IMG/VR virus record: IMGVR_UViG_3300044981_000078
Location: 37,669 to 101,668 of that record
Reading direction: 5' to 3' (one strand)
DNA: 64,000 nt
From: a virus
Positions 45,904 through 57,300 of this stretch are shown piece by piece. Each line of letters starts with the position of its first letter. Position 1 is the first letter of the stretch. The position numbers and the translations under genes are program-made. Below the pieces are notes generated by a model. That model saw only the letters and a program-made list of their open reading frames with translations. It had not been told where the DNA came from and made no database searches.

Positions 45904-48174
45904 CTATCTATACCCGATGATCTTGCCTTGTGCGTCCTTAATTGCAGTTGTGGCGTTCGGCGGAGGAGGCGGGGTCGGAGAGTTAACTAGACCGCTCTCA
46001 CCTTGCGCCGTAATTGAGTTCGGATTAATACCAAAATCTCGAAGAACTTTTGATGTGTCTGGGTCCATGAAATTCGGGATGTCCTTACCGCCCATCTGAT
46101 CTCTATACGCCTTATTCATTGCTCGGGCACGAATTGCGATAGTGTTTGCCATCTGTCGCATCATGGCCTGGGCTTGGGCCGGAGACGTATTTGTGCTCTG
46201 CAGCCTTGCTGCCAAATCATCATCTGACGCGTGCTTTGCTTTTTGATTCAACAAAAAGTTGATATACTCATCTGCCGCAGCCGCTACCGCTGTTCTATAT
46301 TGAATGAACTGAGGCTGTCCAAGGACATCCTCTTTAATCTTATTAAGCGGTGTGTTCAACAACGGACTTTTAGTGTTACCGAGACTAGATATCAAATTAT
46401 TAGCATCACCGATGTGTCCACCAAACGCGTTCAAGCTCTGTTTTGCGATTCCGCCCTTGCCTTCCGGTCGGAAGTCTTCAGCGGTCTTATAACGAGATTG
46501 GTATTCACCGAAACTCCAACTTGGGTCTCGACGGTGCATCTCAGCTTCAAATGCTAACTTCTCTTTCGCGCTCTTAAATCGAGGAAACAACTTGTCGGGA
46601 TCGGTCTCATAGTTCAGGGCCATGTCCATCAAACTAGACAAGTCTCCCTTATTTGCGTTCATCTCTGCATCTGTCTCTCGTGATTTTTTATCTACATCAT
46701 AATCTAAACTTGCTTTTGCCGAAGCGTTGGCTTGATCGAGCATTCGTTGATAGCGCGGCTTTAGCGCAGCCGGAGTATTAGGATCGGCAATCTTTGCTTG
46801 AAGAGTGGCCGCTAGACCGGCGGCGTCTTCTCCGTGGGCTTTATCAACCTCTTTCTGGAGGTTTGTGATTAACTCCATTCCAGAATCTACTTTCTTCTGA
46901 TAGTCATCGAGCATCTTATCATAGAGATAACTCTTCTCTCCGCCCTTAGTCTGGGTATAGCCAAGATATTCCCGCATATCATTATCTACGTTGTTGTACT
47001 TCCCGTACAATGGACTCTTCGGGTCTTGACTGGCCTGAAGCAGTGCGTTTCTGGCGGAGATAAAGTCCGGAACTCCATTAACATTAGAAGCCTGACCAAG
47101 GGCCTTTATAATATTTGGGTCCTGTCTAAACTTCAAAGCCTCTTCATCTTTCTTCACATCTTCTTGAGCAAATCCAAACTGAGCGGCTACTTTCTGAGCA
47201 GCTATATCTGCCGCCTGACGCTCGTTCGACATCTGCAACAGCATGTTGTATTGAGCGCCGCTGAAGTGAATCGGCTTACTATTTTCACCTTCCCAGGTCT
47301 TGCCCGGTTCTGGCGGAGCGTACTTATTGATTCGATCTAGTACCGCCTTTTGATCCTTGTCCTTGGGGTCCAAGTCTACCGGGGTGACTCTGACTACGCT
47401 ATAGGTCAATTGATTATACGGTTGACCATCTTTATCTACTGTCGTAATAACCCCCGAAGGGACCAGGGTCTCTTCTGTCGGGTCTAGACCGTCTTTCTTA
47501 AGCATGTCCTTAGCTTGATCTGCGGTCAAGCCCTTGGCTCTCTCAATACCCGGATTCGGCTGATTCTTCCACGCGGCTAACTGTTCTTGTCCGCTCTTTA
47601 GAGATGCTATAGTCCCCTCTTCTTTCAAATTATGGGTCAACTGCTGCTCATGAACCATGCGGGCGTTTGCTTCCGCATTTAATACTTTGTTCTTGTCGGC
47701 TTCCTGCTGATTTTGAAACTGCTGCTGTTTTTGTGCTGTCAATCTTTGGTTACGAGCGGCGAGTGTTCGAGTCAATCCCTCTAAAGCACCGCCACCAGAC
47801 GGAACTGTCCCAACCGCAGAAGCGTCCCCTAGACCGCCGATAGCGCCCATCGTTCCAGAGATCAATGCCTGCCACAAACCACCAGGTTTAGAAGCTAACG
47901 TGGGATTTTTCTTTATGGCGGTATCAGTATGCTGAGCCAGTGCTTGAAGAACCGGGGAGCCTTTCGCTCTAAGCTGATCTCCTATCGTAGCCCCGCCAGA
48001 CGGCGGCATAGGCAGCGTTCCGTTATCCTCTGGAGCTTGATCCTGATTAGATAGTGCAGCCGCTCCGGGGGGCGCAGAAGCTGAGGATGCAACTAGTCCT
48101 GCAGGAGTTAGATTTCCCAACAGGTCTCTTGTCGGAGGAGTCGAAAGCATATTTGGTGTTACGATAGGTGCCAT
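45904..48174 (-). CDS. internal virion/ejection protein
   Basis: Helical, Q/A-rich, with Gly-rich hydrophobic segments; lies between the pilot protein and the giant protein. Confidence 0.6.
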   Translation of the reverse strand: MAPIVTPNMLSTPPTRDLLGNLTPAGLVASSASAPPGAAALSNQDQAPEDNGTLPMPPSGGATIGDQLRAKGSPVLQALAQHTDTAIKKNPTLASKPGGLWQALISGTMGAIGGLGDASAVGTVPSGGGALEGLTRTLAARNQRLTAQKQQQFQNQQEADKNKVLNAEANARMVHEQQLTHNLKEEGTIASLKSGQEQLAAWKNQPNPGIERAKGLTADQAKDMLKKDGLDPTEETLVPSGVITTVDKDGQPYNQLTYSVVRVTPVDLDPKDKDQKAVLDRINKYAPPEPGKTWEGENSKPIHFSGAQYNMLLQMSNERQAADIAAQKVAAQFGFAQEDVKKDEEALKFRQDPNIIKALGQASNVNGVPDFISARNALLQASQDPKSPLYGKYNNVDNDMREYLGYTQTKGGEKSYLYDKMLDDYQKKVDSGMELITNLQKEVDKAHGEDAAGLAATLQAKIADPNTPAALKPRYQRMLDQANASAKASLDYDVDKKSRETDAEMNANKGDLSSLMDMALNYETDPDKLFPRFKSAKEKLAFEAEMHRRDPSWSFGEYQSRYKTAEDFRPEGKGGIAKQSLNAFGGHIGDANNLISSLGNTKSPLLNTPLNKIKEDVLGQPQFIQYRTAVAAAADEYINFLLNQKAKHASDDDLAARLQSTNTSPAQAQAMMRQMANTIAIRARAMNKAYRDQMGGKDIPNFMDPDTSKVLRDFGINPNSITAQGESGLVNSPTPPPPPNATTAIKDAQGKIIGYR

Positions 48175-48175
48175 A

Positions 48176-48859
48176 TTATACTCCCTGCCCAAAGCCGCTA
48201 AAGAAGTTTCCTACCTGCTCTCCAGCAGAGGATGAGCCAGTTGTGTCTAGATTACCTAATCCGCCCATCAAACCGCCGGTGGCCAACCCTGTTATACCAC
48301 CAACTATGCTTGCCACCTCTTGATTCTTCATATCCTGAACCTTAGTCTGATCTTGGAACGCACCTTGGGTCGCACCGGTCGCTTGACCGGCTATAGCATT
48401 CGGATTGTATTCACCAACTAACGCATTTAATCCTGCTGTAGCCTGTTGCCAATTTTGTCTTCCAGTTGCGTAATTAGCTTGTGTAACTGCCAACTGTTCC
48501 TGCGATTGCTGATTTGCCGCCGCTGTCGCAAGATTTGATTTCAAAGCTCCGGCTGCGCCGCTAGGAAGAAATTCATTTCCTCCACCTTGAGAGGCTAATT
48601 GCGTGTTTAACGCTTGCGATGCCTTAGCGTAATTCTGTCCGACTCCCTCACCAATTTGTGTATTGTACGCCGCTAACTGCTGTGCATTAAAACCTTGTTG
48701 ATTAGGCCCGGCCTCTGCTATGGGGGTGAAAATGTTATTTAGATTTTGTAAAGCAGCACTCTGAGCGCCAAAATTTTGAGAATAATTAGCCTGCAGCAAA
48801 TTTGAAAAATTTTGTTCCGAATTCGCTAACTGTTCTTGTTGAGCCGACGGTCCGCAAAT
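48176..48859 (-). CDS. DNA pilot/ejection protein, probable ATT start (MCGPS...)
   Basis: A/Q/G/N-rich with a C-terminal Gly-rich hydrophobic stretch; frame is open upstream of TTG 48799 to ATT-TGC-GGA. Confidence 0.6.
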   Translation of the reverse strand: MCGPSAQQEQLANSEQNFSNLLQANYSQNFGAQSAALQNLNNIFTPIAEAGPNQQGFNAQQLAAYNTQIGEGVGQNYAKASQALNTQLASQGGGNEFLPSGAAGALKSNLATAAANQQSQEQLAVTQANYATGRQNWQQATAGLNALVGEYNPNAIAGQATGATQGAFQDQTKVQDMKNQEVASIVGGITGLATGGLMGGLGNLDTTGSSSAGEQVGNFFSGFGQGV

Positions 48860-48863
48860 ATGA

Positions 48864-49295
48864 CTACCCTACCTGATCTACGCGCCAAACAAACTGATCT
48901 TGGCTGAGGTCTTTAAATCCAAATTTTCTTTTCGTGAAATCTATCAATAACGAACTACGGGATTCAAACACTAGTCCGGTTGCCTGCTGTTGTTTACAGA
49001 ACTCCATCATAATAGGAACGCACTTAAGCATTCCTTTTACCAGACAAATCTTAGATATCTGTTCCACTGGAGCGAACTGAGTGTGCAATCGAATCAGTCC
49101 ATCTGAGTCCTTTGGATCGAGGCGCACGTAACACAACGGACCTTCGCTATCTTGTAAGCAGTAACACAACAGACTACCATCAGCGCCTGTTAACCACCAA
49201 ACAGGATTAAGACAGTCTTTGTGGTACGGATCAGATTTTATCCACTCGGTTAATTGTTCAATATCTTGCTCAGTGGATGGTACAAGTTTTATCAT
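48864..49295 (-). CDS. GNAT-like virion-assembly acetyltransferase
   Basis: GNAT-like pattern (IRLHTQF...KRKFGF) upstream of the ejection genes, as with P22 gp14/T7 gp13. Confidence 0.55.
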   Translation of the reverse strand: MIKLVPSTEQDIEQLTEWIKSDPYHKDCLNPVWWLTGADGSLLCYCLQDSEGPLCYVRLDPKDSDGLIRLHTQFAPVEQISKICLVKGMLKCVPIMMEFCKQQQATGLVFESRSSLLIDFTKRKFGFKDLSQDQFVWRVDQVG

Positions 49296-50806
49296 GGATA
49301 TATCGCACAACACACAGTTGAAAAAGTAGACGCTCCATTAAATGCCCCCACTGCCCAAGCTCCACTAGACGGCCTCCCTATTCCATTTATGTCAGAACAC
49401 AGCGGAGTAAGATTTCCGGTACATAGACTAGTCAAGTTGTTTCCGACACCTAATAGCGGCGATCCTGCGTTTGGCGCTCCGGAAGCGTTAACATTCAGGC
49501 TAGACACCTTTTGTCCGTGTGAATCTCCGCCGCTAGTTGATTGCCAGTTAGCGAAAGTAGCGTCTCCGGTCGCACCGAACTGCCACGGGGAGTTACCACT
49601 TAGTCCGATTGCACCGTATGTATTATAATCTAGGGTTGAAAATGTAGCAGACGATCCGGTCACAACATACTGACCGTACTTCTCTATAGCGTTGTTTTCG
49701 AACGTAACAGTCGTTCCGAATAACTCGACGGCGGTCACGTTAGACGATGTAGTTCCGCACCCTAAAAATGTATTATTATAGAAAGCCGGTCCCGCGCCAG
49801 CATTTACTGTATGAGCGAAGTTAGCTGGCTCTGTATTAGAGTTACAACTTTGAATTACAACATTATTAAACACAAAAAAGTTTGCTGGAGGGGCGGTCTC
49901 TGTAAATAGAAAGTTTGAAGTCGTGCAACATGAACCCCAATCTCCGTCGGCTTTATTGTTATACACATACAGCCCCAACGAATCCGAAGACGTATTCATG
50001 AAGTTATGAATACCGTTATGATGATATGTATCTAACGATGTGTCCCAGTTTGTGGCGTCGTGCCAGTGGTTGTTATACACAAACAAAGTTCTGGTGCCGT
50101 TGCCGCTATTTTCTATGGCCCAGTTGTTGTGCCACATTTCATTGTTGTATATCTTAATTGTCGCGGCGGAGAAGTGCTCTAGACTTATCGCGTTTCCGGT
50201 ATCATGAATATCGTTATCATGAATCAGTAAATTTCCAGTGCAGGCTGTCTGACCGCTAGAGCACTGAAACACAAAGCTCCCTGAGTCTGCGTTCGCTGTC
50301 GAATCTGATGCTAGATTATGGATATATAAATTTCGAATGATCAAGTTTCGAATCTCTATATCATGACAACCACTACATCCGAAGAACGCCTGAGTCGATG
50401 TATTCTGATTTGCGAGCGAAGAACCATTGGCGGTCGCTTCCATAATCCCAGTTATATTTGACGGATATCCTGTTGGGCTGGCTGACTCATTCGCGTAGCA
50501 AGAGGTCCCCGGACCACACGGAGTTCCGCCGTCGAACAATAAAAACCCCTGCGATCCGACATTTATAATTCCACCAAATGTCACCGAGATTCTAGAGCCG
50601 GTATCCCAATTAAAGGTTATGACGTTACCGGACGATCCACTACCGCCAATAGTAATCGAACTAGTTATTGTTCCGCAGAACCAATTTATATCTCCCGCAG
50701 CCGGAGTTAGTCCGTTGAACGTAGCAACCGATACCGCTGTTTGTCCATTACACGCAGTCCCGCCACTAAATACGCCGCCTGACTGTGAGATATAACGAGT
50801 CGCCAT
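49292..50806 (-). CDS. right-handed beta-helix (pectin-lyase-like) tailspike/depolymerase
   Basis: Repeated IHDN, IYNN, FNNV, YNNT; C-terminal DINGIGRP..WAVGAF. Confidence 0.7.
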   Translation of the reverse strand: MATRYISQSGGVFSGGTACNGQTAVSVATFNGLTPAAGDINWFCGTITSSITIGGSGSSGNVITFNWDTGSRISVTFGGIINVGSQGFLLFDGGTPCGPGTSCYANESASPTGYPSNITGIMEATANGSSLANQNTSTQAFFGCSGCHDIEIRNLIIRNLYIHNLASDSTANADSGSFVFQCSSGQTACTGNLLIHDNDIHDTGNAISLEHFSAATIKIYNNEMWHNNWAIENSGNGTRTLFVYNNHWHDATNWDTSLDTYHHNGIHNFMNTSSDSLGLYVYNNKADGDWGSCCTTSNFLFTETAPPANFFVFNNVVIQSCNSNTEPANFAHTVNAGAGPAFYNNTFLGCGTTSSNVTAVELFGTTVTFENNAIEKYGQYVVTGSSATFSTLDYNTYGAIGLSGNSPWQFGATGDATFANWQSTSGGDSHGQKVSSLNVNASGAPNAGSPLLGVGNNLTSLCTGNLTPLCSDINGIGRPSSGAWAVGAFNGASTFSTVCCAIYP

Positions 50807-50807
50807 C

Positions 50808-52727
50808 TTATCTTAGACCCTTACAGTTCAATGTAGCCGCGCCAGGAGTAATAGAGCCTCCTGTGTTGTTGATCTGATCTACGTTAATAGTTCCCGCAGA
50901 TATCCAGGTCTTCAAGGTCAATCCGCCGCTTGCACTCGGAGCATATCCAGTAACCGCGTTGGTGTCGCCGCTAAACGTACAATCAATTGCGTCTGTTGAT
51001 GTACTTAGTCCCGCGCAGCTTAGAGTGTTTATTGCTCTAGTTCCAGAAGCTATCGCGCCTGTTGACAGCGCGATCTGGCCACTGCAAATAACTTTACCAA
51101 CAGAAAAACCCTGTACAGTTAAATTAGGGGTTATGGCTACAGTAGTTAAACCAGACGATCCAGATTGTTGAATTGTCAAAGTGGACGTTGGATTTGCGCC
51201 CGTACCGAGAACATCCTGAATTGACCAAGAGTTTAATGCCGCCGCCGCGCCTGTCCAATAATTAGATTGGACTACTACCGGGTTTGAGTTTTGATTTGCT
51301 CCACCTGTTGCTGAAACTAATTGCGGGAATAATATTCCAGTAAACCCACTAAAAACACCCATACGGACTACTATCGGAGCAACACCCGTACCATCAATAA
51401 CAGCGCCTAATTCAAATCCGTGGTTATTATTTATCGGTACTGTATTTATGTTTCTAAACCAAGTAGCGTCAGTTGTATCGCCTAGGGTTGTGATAGCTAA
51501 CGCTACTGTATTAGGCCACGCTATAATATTTTGATTTACTCCATATCCTGTTCCTGTTATACTAAATGAGCCCGATCCCGGACCAAACATAGCCACTGTG
51601 CCGGAATCAAGAGAATAGGCTATATCGAGAACTGCTGTCGCTGCGCGTGTTTCTAAAACCCCACCGCCGTTATATAACACTAATGAACTAGTTGACGCAG
51701 ACTGTACCTGAAATCGTCCGTTATTACCAGCGTTTACAAAACCGGCAATCGTAACATACATATTTACAGACGGCACAAATCCTACCGTAGTACTCCAGAC
51801 ATATGTTGTTAAACCTCCGGATGCATTTGAAGCAGCGGTAACAGATATTGACGCTCCTTGCGTAGGCCCGGCAGGCAGACTAAACGATTGAACAGTTACG
51901 GCCCCTAGAGCAAAACTAGTACTTTGCCCAAAGAAAGAACCCACTGAACCGGATAACGTAATTGACGTTCGGCTCGGTCCAGCGCCAGATGGATGGCTAA
52001 AATTTAAACTGCTAGTGGGCGCAACTGCCACAGAATCAAATCCTGTCACATTCGTAATCTGCCAAGCGTCCACAACTGACGCCGACCCGTTCCACGCCGT
52101 TCCCGACAAATTAATTGCCGGAGAATTTTGACCGGGTACACCGCTAGTTGCTGGAGTTATGTTTGCCCAAGTCCAAACAGCAGAGTTTGTTTGATTAAAT
52201 GTGGTTGCGTTTGTTCCGTTCGCTAAAATTAAAGAACTTGTAGCATTTCCTAGCTGACTCCAAAGCACATCTCCCGACTGTATATTTGATGGTACAAAGT
52301 TTGTACCATTCCCACGCAAGAATTGTCCGTTCGGCGCACCGCCGCTCAATTGAAAACCTGTGGTAGCATTAAGAGTCGCACCACTAAATGTTGTCCCGTT
52401 AAAAGTTGTTCCGTTAAACGTTGTGCCACTAAATGTCGTACCACTAAATGTGCCCGCTGATAGAGTTGCTGTCCCTGAATTATATGTAAGATTATTGGTG
52501 CCGCCAATTACGTTAGGCGCAGTTCCTATCGCAACTTGTCCGCTTGCAATAGCTCCGCCAATTCCGGTCGCGGAACTAGCAAGAGTTCCTTGCAGTACCC
52601 CATTGGCATCTATCCACCCGAATATGGTTCCACCTTGGCTACTGGCGACCTGAAGAAAGTCGTCAGTTGAATTTCTTCCGTTAACGAACGTTCCAATGAC
52701 AGCCTTGGCTGTCGGATTTAATCCCAT
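50808..52727 (-). CDS. tail fibre protein
   Basis: G/S/T/N-rich, GTTF[SN] repeats, modules shared with neighbouring tail genes. Confidence 0.7.
   Translation of the reverse strand: MGLNPTAKAVIGTFVNGRNSTDDFLQVASSQGGTIFGWIDANGVLQGTLASSATGIGGAIASGQVAIGTAPNVIGGTNNLTYNSGTATLSAGTFSGTTFSGTTFNGTTFNGTTFSGATLNATTGFQLSGGAPNGQFLRGNGTNFVPSNIQSGDVLWSQLGNATSSLILANGTNATTFNQTNSAVWTWANITPATSGVPGQNSPAINLSGTAWNGSASVVDAWQITNVTGFDSVAVAPTSSLNFSHPSGAGPSRTSITLSGSVGSFFGQSTSFALGAVTVQSFSLPAGPTQGASISVTAASNASGGLTTYVWSTTVGFVPSVNMYVTIAGFVNAGNNGRFQVQSASTSSLVLYNGGGVLETRAATAVLDIAYSLDSGTVAMFGPGSGSFSITGTGYGVNQNIIAWPNTVALAITTLGDTTDATWFRNINTVPINNNHGFELGAVIDGTGVAPIVVRMGVFSGFTGILFPQLVSATGGANQNSNPVVVQSNYWTGAAAALNSWSIQDVLGTGANPTSTLTIQQSGSSGLTTVAITPNLTVQGFSVGKVICSGQIALSTGAIASGTRAINTLSCAGLSTSTDAIDCTFSGDTNAVTGYAPSASGGLTLKTWISAGTINVDQINNTGGSITPGAATLNCKGLR
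52375..52455 (-). repeat. 15-nt tandem coding repeat (GTTF[S/N] x5)
   Basis: GTFSGTTFSGTTFNGTTFNGTTFSGAT. Confidence 0.75.
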
Positions 52728-52730
52728 GTC

Positions 52731-53903
52731 TTACCTCAAAACTCGCCAATTTAAAGTCGCCGCCGCTGGAGTCAAACCACCGGCGGTCGGGTTTGTTACA
52801 ACAAAATTAACATTTCCTGATGTAACATAAACCTGAACAAACAGTCCCGATGTATATCCTGAGCCGGGAGCCGCGTTGAAAGCCCACTCAATAGAATCAG
52901 TTGTAGCGACCCCAGTAGCCGCAACAGTCACCGCTGTCGCGGAGCTAGTTGCTCCAATAAGAGTAGTTCCTAGCGTAGCTGTCCCCGAGGCAATCAATTG
53001 CGCAAAAACGGCGCTTCCGGCAGCGGTTGGAATCGTTAATCCATTTACAGTCGAGGCAAATAAGACCGCGCCGGTAACAGATAACCCTGGGCCAATTGAA
53101 ACAGCGGCTGTACCAGAGCTACCAGAGTGGTTTATAGATAAAGACGAACTTGGGTTAGAACCACCACCCAAAACATCTTGAATAGTCCAAGTGTCTGTAG
53201 CAGATGCTGCGCCTGCCCAATACTGCCCCTGAATAGCTAAGACTGGGGATGCCTGGTTCGTCCCGCCCGTGGCCGCCGTTGTATTTACCCAAGTCCATTG
53301 TGCAGACGGAATAGTCTGTTGAAATGTAGTGTTGAATGTGCTGTTCGCTAAAGTTAGTGATCCGGTTGCGTTTCCTAGACTGCTCCACGGGTATCCTGTC
53401 GGCAAATCTCCAACTAAAATTCCTGAGCTAACAAAGTTTGTTCCGTTACCTCGAAGATAACTTCCGGATGCCGCCGTACCCGATACCTGATATCCAATTG
53501 TTGCATTATACGTAGGAGCATTTAATACACTCGCAACACTGTTCCAGAAAAATGAATTATTTGCTGATAGCGCCCCACCGGCGTTGAACTGAACGTCGCC
53601 GTTTGTTCCTGCGGCCCCAGCGCTAGTTATAAACGTCTGTATAGAGCTTTGAGCTACCGTAGACGATGCCGAATTAATAGCCGGTACACCGCCGGGAGGC
53701 AATGGAGCGATTCTAAATGAACTCATGCCCGGACGATTATACTGTTTCAACGTATCCGGCGAATACTGTAAAGGAAGAGGGAGAGTAGTTCTTAAATACC
53801 CAGATACTTGCGTTGTAGGATCAGGGACCTGTGGCTTTTGTTCGACCGGAGTTTCCGCAGGAACCCATCCGTCAAAACCCTCGTGGAAATCTGACAATGC
53901 CAC
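52731..53903 (-). CDS. tail fibre protein, paralog of 50808-52727
   Basis: Shared LRGNGTNFV..WSxLGNAT module and TPxAATLN C-terminus. Confidence 0.7.
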   Translation of the reverse strand: MALSDFHEGFDGWVPAETPVEQKPQVPDPTTQVSGYLRTTLPLPLQYSPDTLKQYNRPGMSSFRIAPLPPGGVPAINSASSTVAQSSIQTFITSAGAAGTNGDVQFNAGGALSANNSFFWNSVASVLNAPTYNATIGYQVSGTAASGSYLRGNGTNFVSSGILVGDLPTGYPWSSLGNATGSLTLANSTFNTTFQQTIPSAQWTWVNTTAATGGTNQASPVLAIQGQYWAGAASATDTWTIQDVLGGGSNPSSSLSINHSGSSGTAAVSIGPGLSVTGAVLFASTVNGLTIPTAAGSAVFAQLIASGTATLGTTLIGATSSATAVTVAATGVATTDSIEWAFNAAPGSGYTSGLFVQVYVTSGNVNFVVTNPTAGGLTPAAATLNWRVLR

Positions 53904-53904
53904 G

Positions 53905-54357
53905 TTATTCCTCTAACCGAAACTTTTCTAAGTATAATATTGCCTTCTTTAAAATCTCAACATCATCTAAAAATTTACCTAATGCCGTATTACAAAAATG
54001 GCATAATAAAGACCTTACTTTTCCTGTTTTATGATCGTGATCTACCGCCAATCTACGAGCATCTCTATTCATATTACAGATAGCACAAACTCCACCTTGA
54101 CTGAGCAACATAGCATCATATTGCTCTGGAGTAAGCCCAAATCTTCTTAAATTTTTACGACGATGTTTAGCTAGCATCTTTTCGGGATACTTCTCAGCGT
54201 ACGCCTTCTCATATCCACGAATCTTATCAGGATTTTCTGCTCTCCATTTCTTTTGCAATCCGTTCTTTTTGCTTCTTTCATTACTTCGTTTTGTAATTTC
54301 TTTTACTTTATCTGGATTATTTTTTCGCCAAATGCGCATATATTCAGTATTATTCAT
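53905..54357 (-). CDS. endonuclease VII-like HNH homing endonuclease
   Basis: QGGVCAIC, LAVDHDHKTGKVRSLLCHFCN; AT-rich. Confidence 0.88.
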   Translation of the reverse strand: MNNTEYMRIWRKNNPDKVKEITKRSNERSKKNGLQKKWRAENPDKIRGYEKAYAEKYPEKMLAKHRRKNLRRFGLTPEQYDAMLLSQGGVCAICNMNRDARRLAVDHDHKTGKVRSLLCHFCNTALGKFLDDVEILKKAILYLEKFRLEE

Positions 54358-54364
54358 AATAATC

Positions 54365-57300
54365 CTATAGTTCGGGAGACTGTTCAATTGTTCCAAAAAT
54401 CGTGAGTGACAGAACCTCATTAGCAAAATTTTCTGCCGGAAAATTCACTTGCACTTGCATGTGCTCTGCTAGCGCCGGAACTCCAGCGGCTCGGAAATAA
54501 TATGCATTCGAAAATATACTTGATGGCTGACCGGTTGCCCCGAACACTTGCCACGGATACGCTTGAGCCTGTGGAAATGATGTAAAGCTGCCGGAAACTT
54601 CATTCAATAAGAACGAACACGCCGGAGTCGTTCCAACTCTTGTAGCTCTAACATTCACAAATGTTAATCCCGCAATCTGACCTGGGCTAACCAAGTTAAT
54701 GCTTCCCATAGTAAATCCGCAAGGATAGCTCGTACCGTTGTCTTGATATGTTGAAAAATCACGTTGCAGTATGAAGCTATTCGCTCCGATTCCACCAATC
54801 AATAACCGATGAACCCCCGGAGACACTTCAATAGACAAAACTGCTCCGGCACCGCCGGTAATAGCTGCAAACGGACTCCAGACTGGAGTTCCATTCGGAA
54901 ACTGACTCGGATTCAATCTATACCAACCAGTAGAGCCGTTCGAAACAAATATAGCGTTATCGTTTCCGCTCTCGTGAACGGTTACAAACACCTTATTTGG
55001 ATCAAATCCAGCTAACTTATCAGCTATCGGACCGCCCATTCTCTGCGCACCGCCGCTCGGGTCCATTGCAATGAACTGACTGTCTGCTGTAAATAAGTAA
55101 ATTACTCCGCCATGAATGTCCAAAGCGTTGTAGTGCAGCAGACCTATTCCGGGAACCATCGGGGTCGGAAAGAACGTATTGAATACGGGACCGCCAAGAA
55201 TTGCATATACATCGGAAGTCAAAAATACAAGAATTCCGGTCGCGGTCGGAACGATACGTGTCACCGGCTCTGGAAATTCGAAGAAATCATCTGGATTAAA
55301 TGCTTCATTGGGGTTCCCGGCTAATACATCGGGACCGCCAGAAGCGTATACAAAATTTCCCACAGCGCCCCATATTCTCTCAAAGTGATACGCCATCGGT
55401 TTAAATCCCGCAGGAGGCGGATCATTCTGATGATTAATCGGCGCTTGTATGAATGTATTCAACGATCCAGTGCCAGTGAACGGTGATTGACTAATTGTTA
55501 CTGTCTGGGTTTGTGCAACCCCACCAACGGGAGGAATATTTGGAATCTCTGTCAAGAAAAATAAGGTACTTCCGCCGTCAAGTGTAGCCCAAATCACAAT
55601 AGTGTCTACTTGTGGATCGACCGAACTCGGCATAGATAATACAAACACAGAGGCCGGGGTAGGTCCGGTTATAGTAGTTATTGGAGACGCGGTTGAAATT
55701 CCGCCTGTTTCCGAACCGGTCGGCGGTCCTAAAGGACTCGGCCAATCGGGCGGAGCGGTTGTATTATAAATATCTGTCGCAGTTCTAGATTCATATGAGT
55801 ATGCAAAACTAATACTCTTTGTAACTGCAAACCCTGGAGGAGTCTGAGCTTCAAGGTTGTACCAAATTGCTCCGGTGGTTGCAGTCCCTGCATGAACTTC
55901 ATTAACCTGACTCGTAAACTGACAAACTAAAGTTGTAGCGGTAGACGCTGTAACCTGAATAAGTACATTATTGCCTGCGTTCGTAAATCCAGCGATTAGG
56001 AAAGTCTTACCTGCTAAAGCGTTTCCTCCGCCGCCCGTTATAGTTCCAGTATATGTCGCTGTCGTACCGGACACAGTGACTTGAGTCAATGTTAAGGGAG
56101 TTCCGCCATCAGCAGTGTAGTGCCCAATCGCAGCCCATGTCGGATGTGTTGGAGAGCCGCCTAAGCCGCTATTGATAATAAATTCTATATCGCCATTCGA
56201 ATCAAGGACCGATGCACCACCGTACGGAGACGAACCCGAAGGAGGAAAGAATCCTGATGATGGAAGGAACCACTTTGTATTAGCGGCCCAATCCATAGAA
56301 TTTCCAACACAGGTCCAAACAACCGTTCCATCTGTAGTCGTTGATCCGTATCCAGTGCCCCACGGATTATACAAAGCTGTTGCAGCATGAACTTCGGCAA
56401 CCCCGCCGGTATTTGCTACGGTCAATTGGGCTGCTGTGCAGCCTATGACATTAAATGTGCCGTTATTAGATGCGTTCGTAAAACCGCTAATCGTGACCGG
56501 GGTTCCGGAAGGAATAGTTGGACTAAACGTTCCGGTATAGACTGTATTTCCTCCCGAAGCATTGGCGGCTGCTGATAAAGTAAAACTTGTACCGGGTTGA
56601 ATTGTCTGACTTTGTCCGGTCGTAGCGCAGACTTGAAAATTGTTATTTGTATCTACAATTGCACTAAACGTAGTTCCGCTAGCTGTCCACTGAGAATAAG
56701 CAGTTGACGCGGCCCAAGTGCCGGAACCGAGAGACAACCACAGCAGATCACCGTTATCTCCGACTATTTCTCCCGCAGGAATAAATGTTCCGCCCGTCGG
56801 AATCTGTGACGCGAACGGTGCTATACCCGATGCCGCCGTAGTTCCGGCGTGTCCGTTCTCAACAAACTGCCAATATACCGGCTGGCTAGGAAGGCCGTAT
56901 TTCAAACTTATTGGCTCTGTGATCGTCGCCTGCTCAAAGTTTCCAAGGACCGGGTTGCCTATAGGTACATTTAGTCCCGGGAACGCAGTATTAGTAGTCC
57001 ACACTGCCGGTATTCCAACAAACAACCACAGACACTGATTGTCCACGGTCGTCTGCTGAACTCCAGGCTTAAAATTTGGCCTAACTGATCCTGTTCCAAA
57101 ACCGCCGCCATTAGTATCAAATTGAGTCGCAATGTTTACGTATAGAGCTTTTGTAACAGAGTCGTATACTGCCACAGGACGATTTTTCGAAAAATTTGTA
57201 TTCCAATTATTAACAACTATATTTGCTGTCCACGGAATAATCGCTCCGTAGTTTCTCCACAAAATAGTATTATCTGTGGTCGTTCCGCCAAACGTATTGT

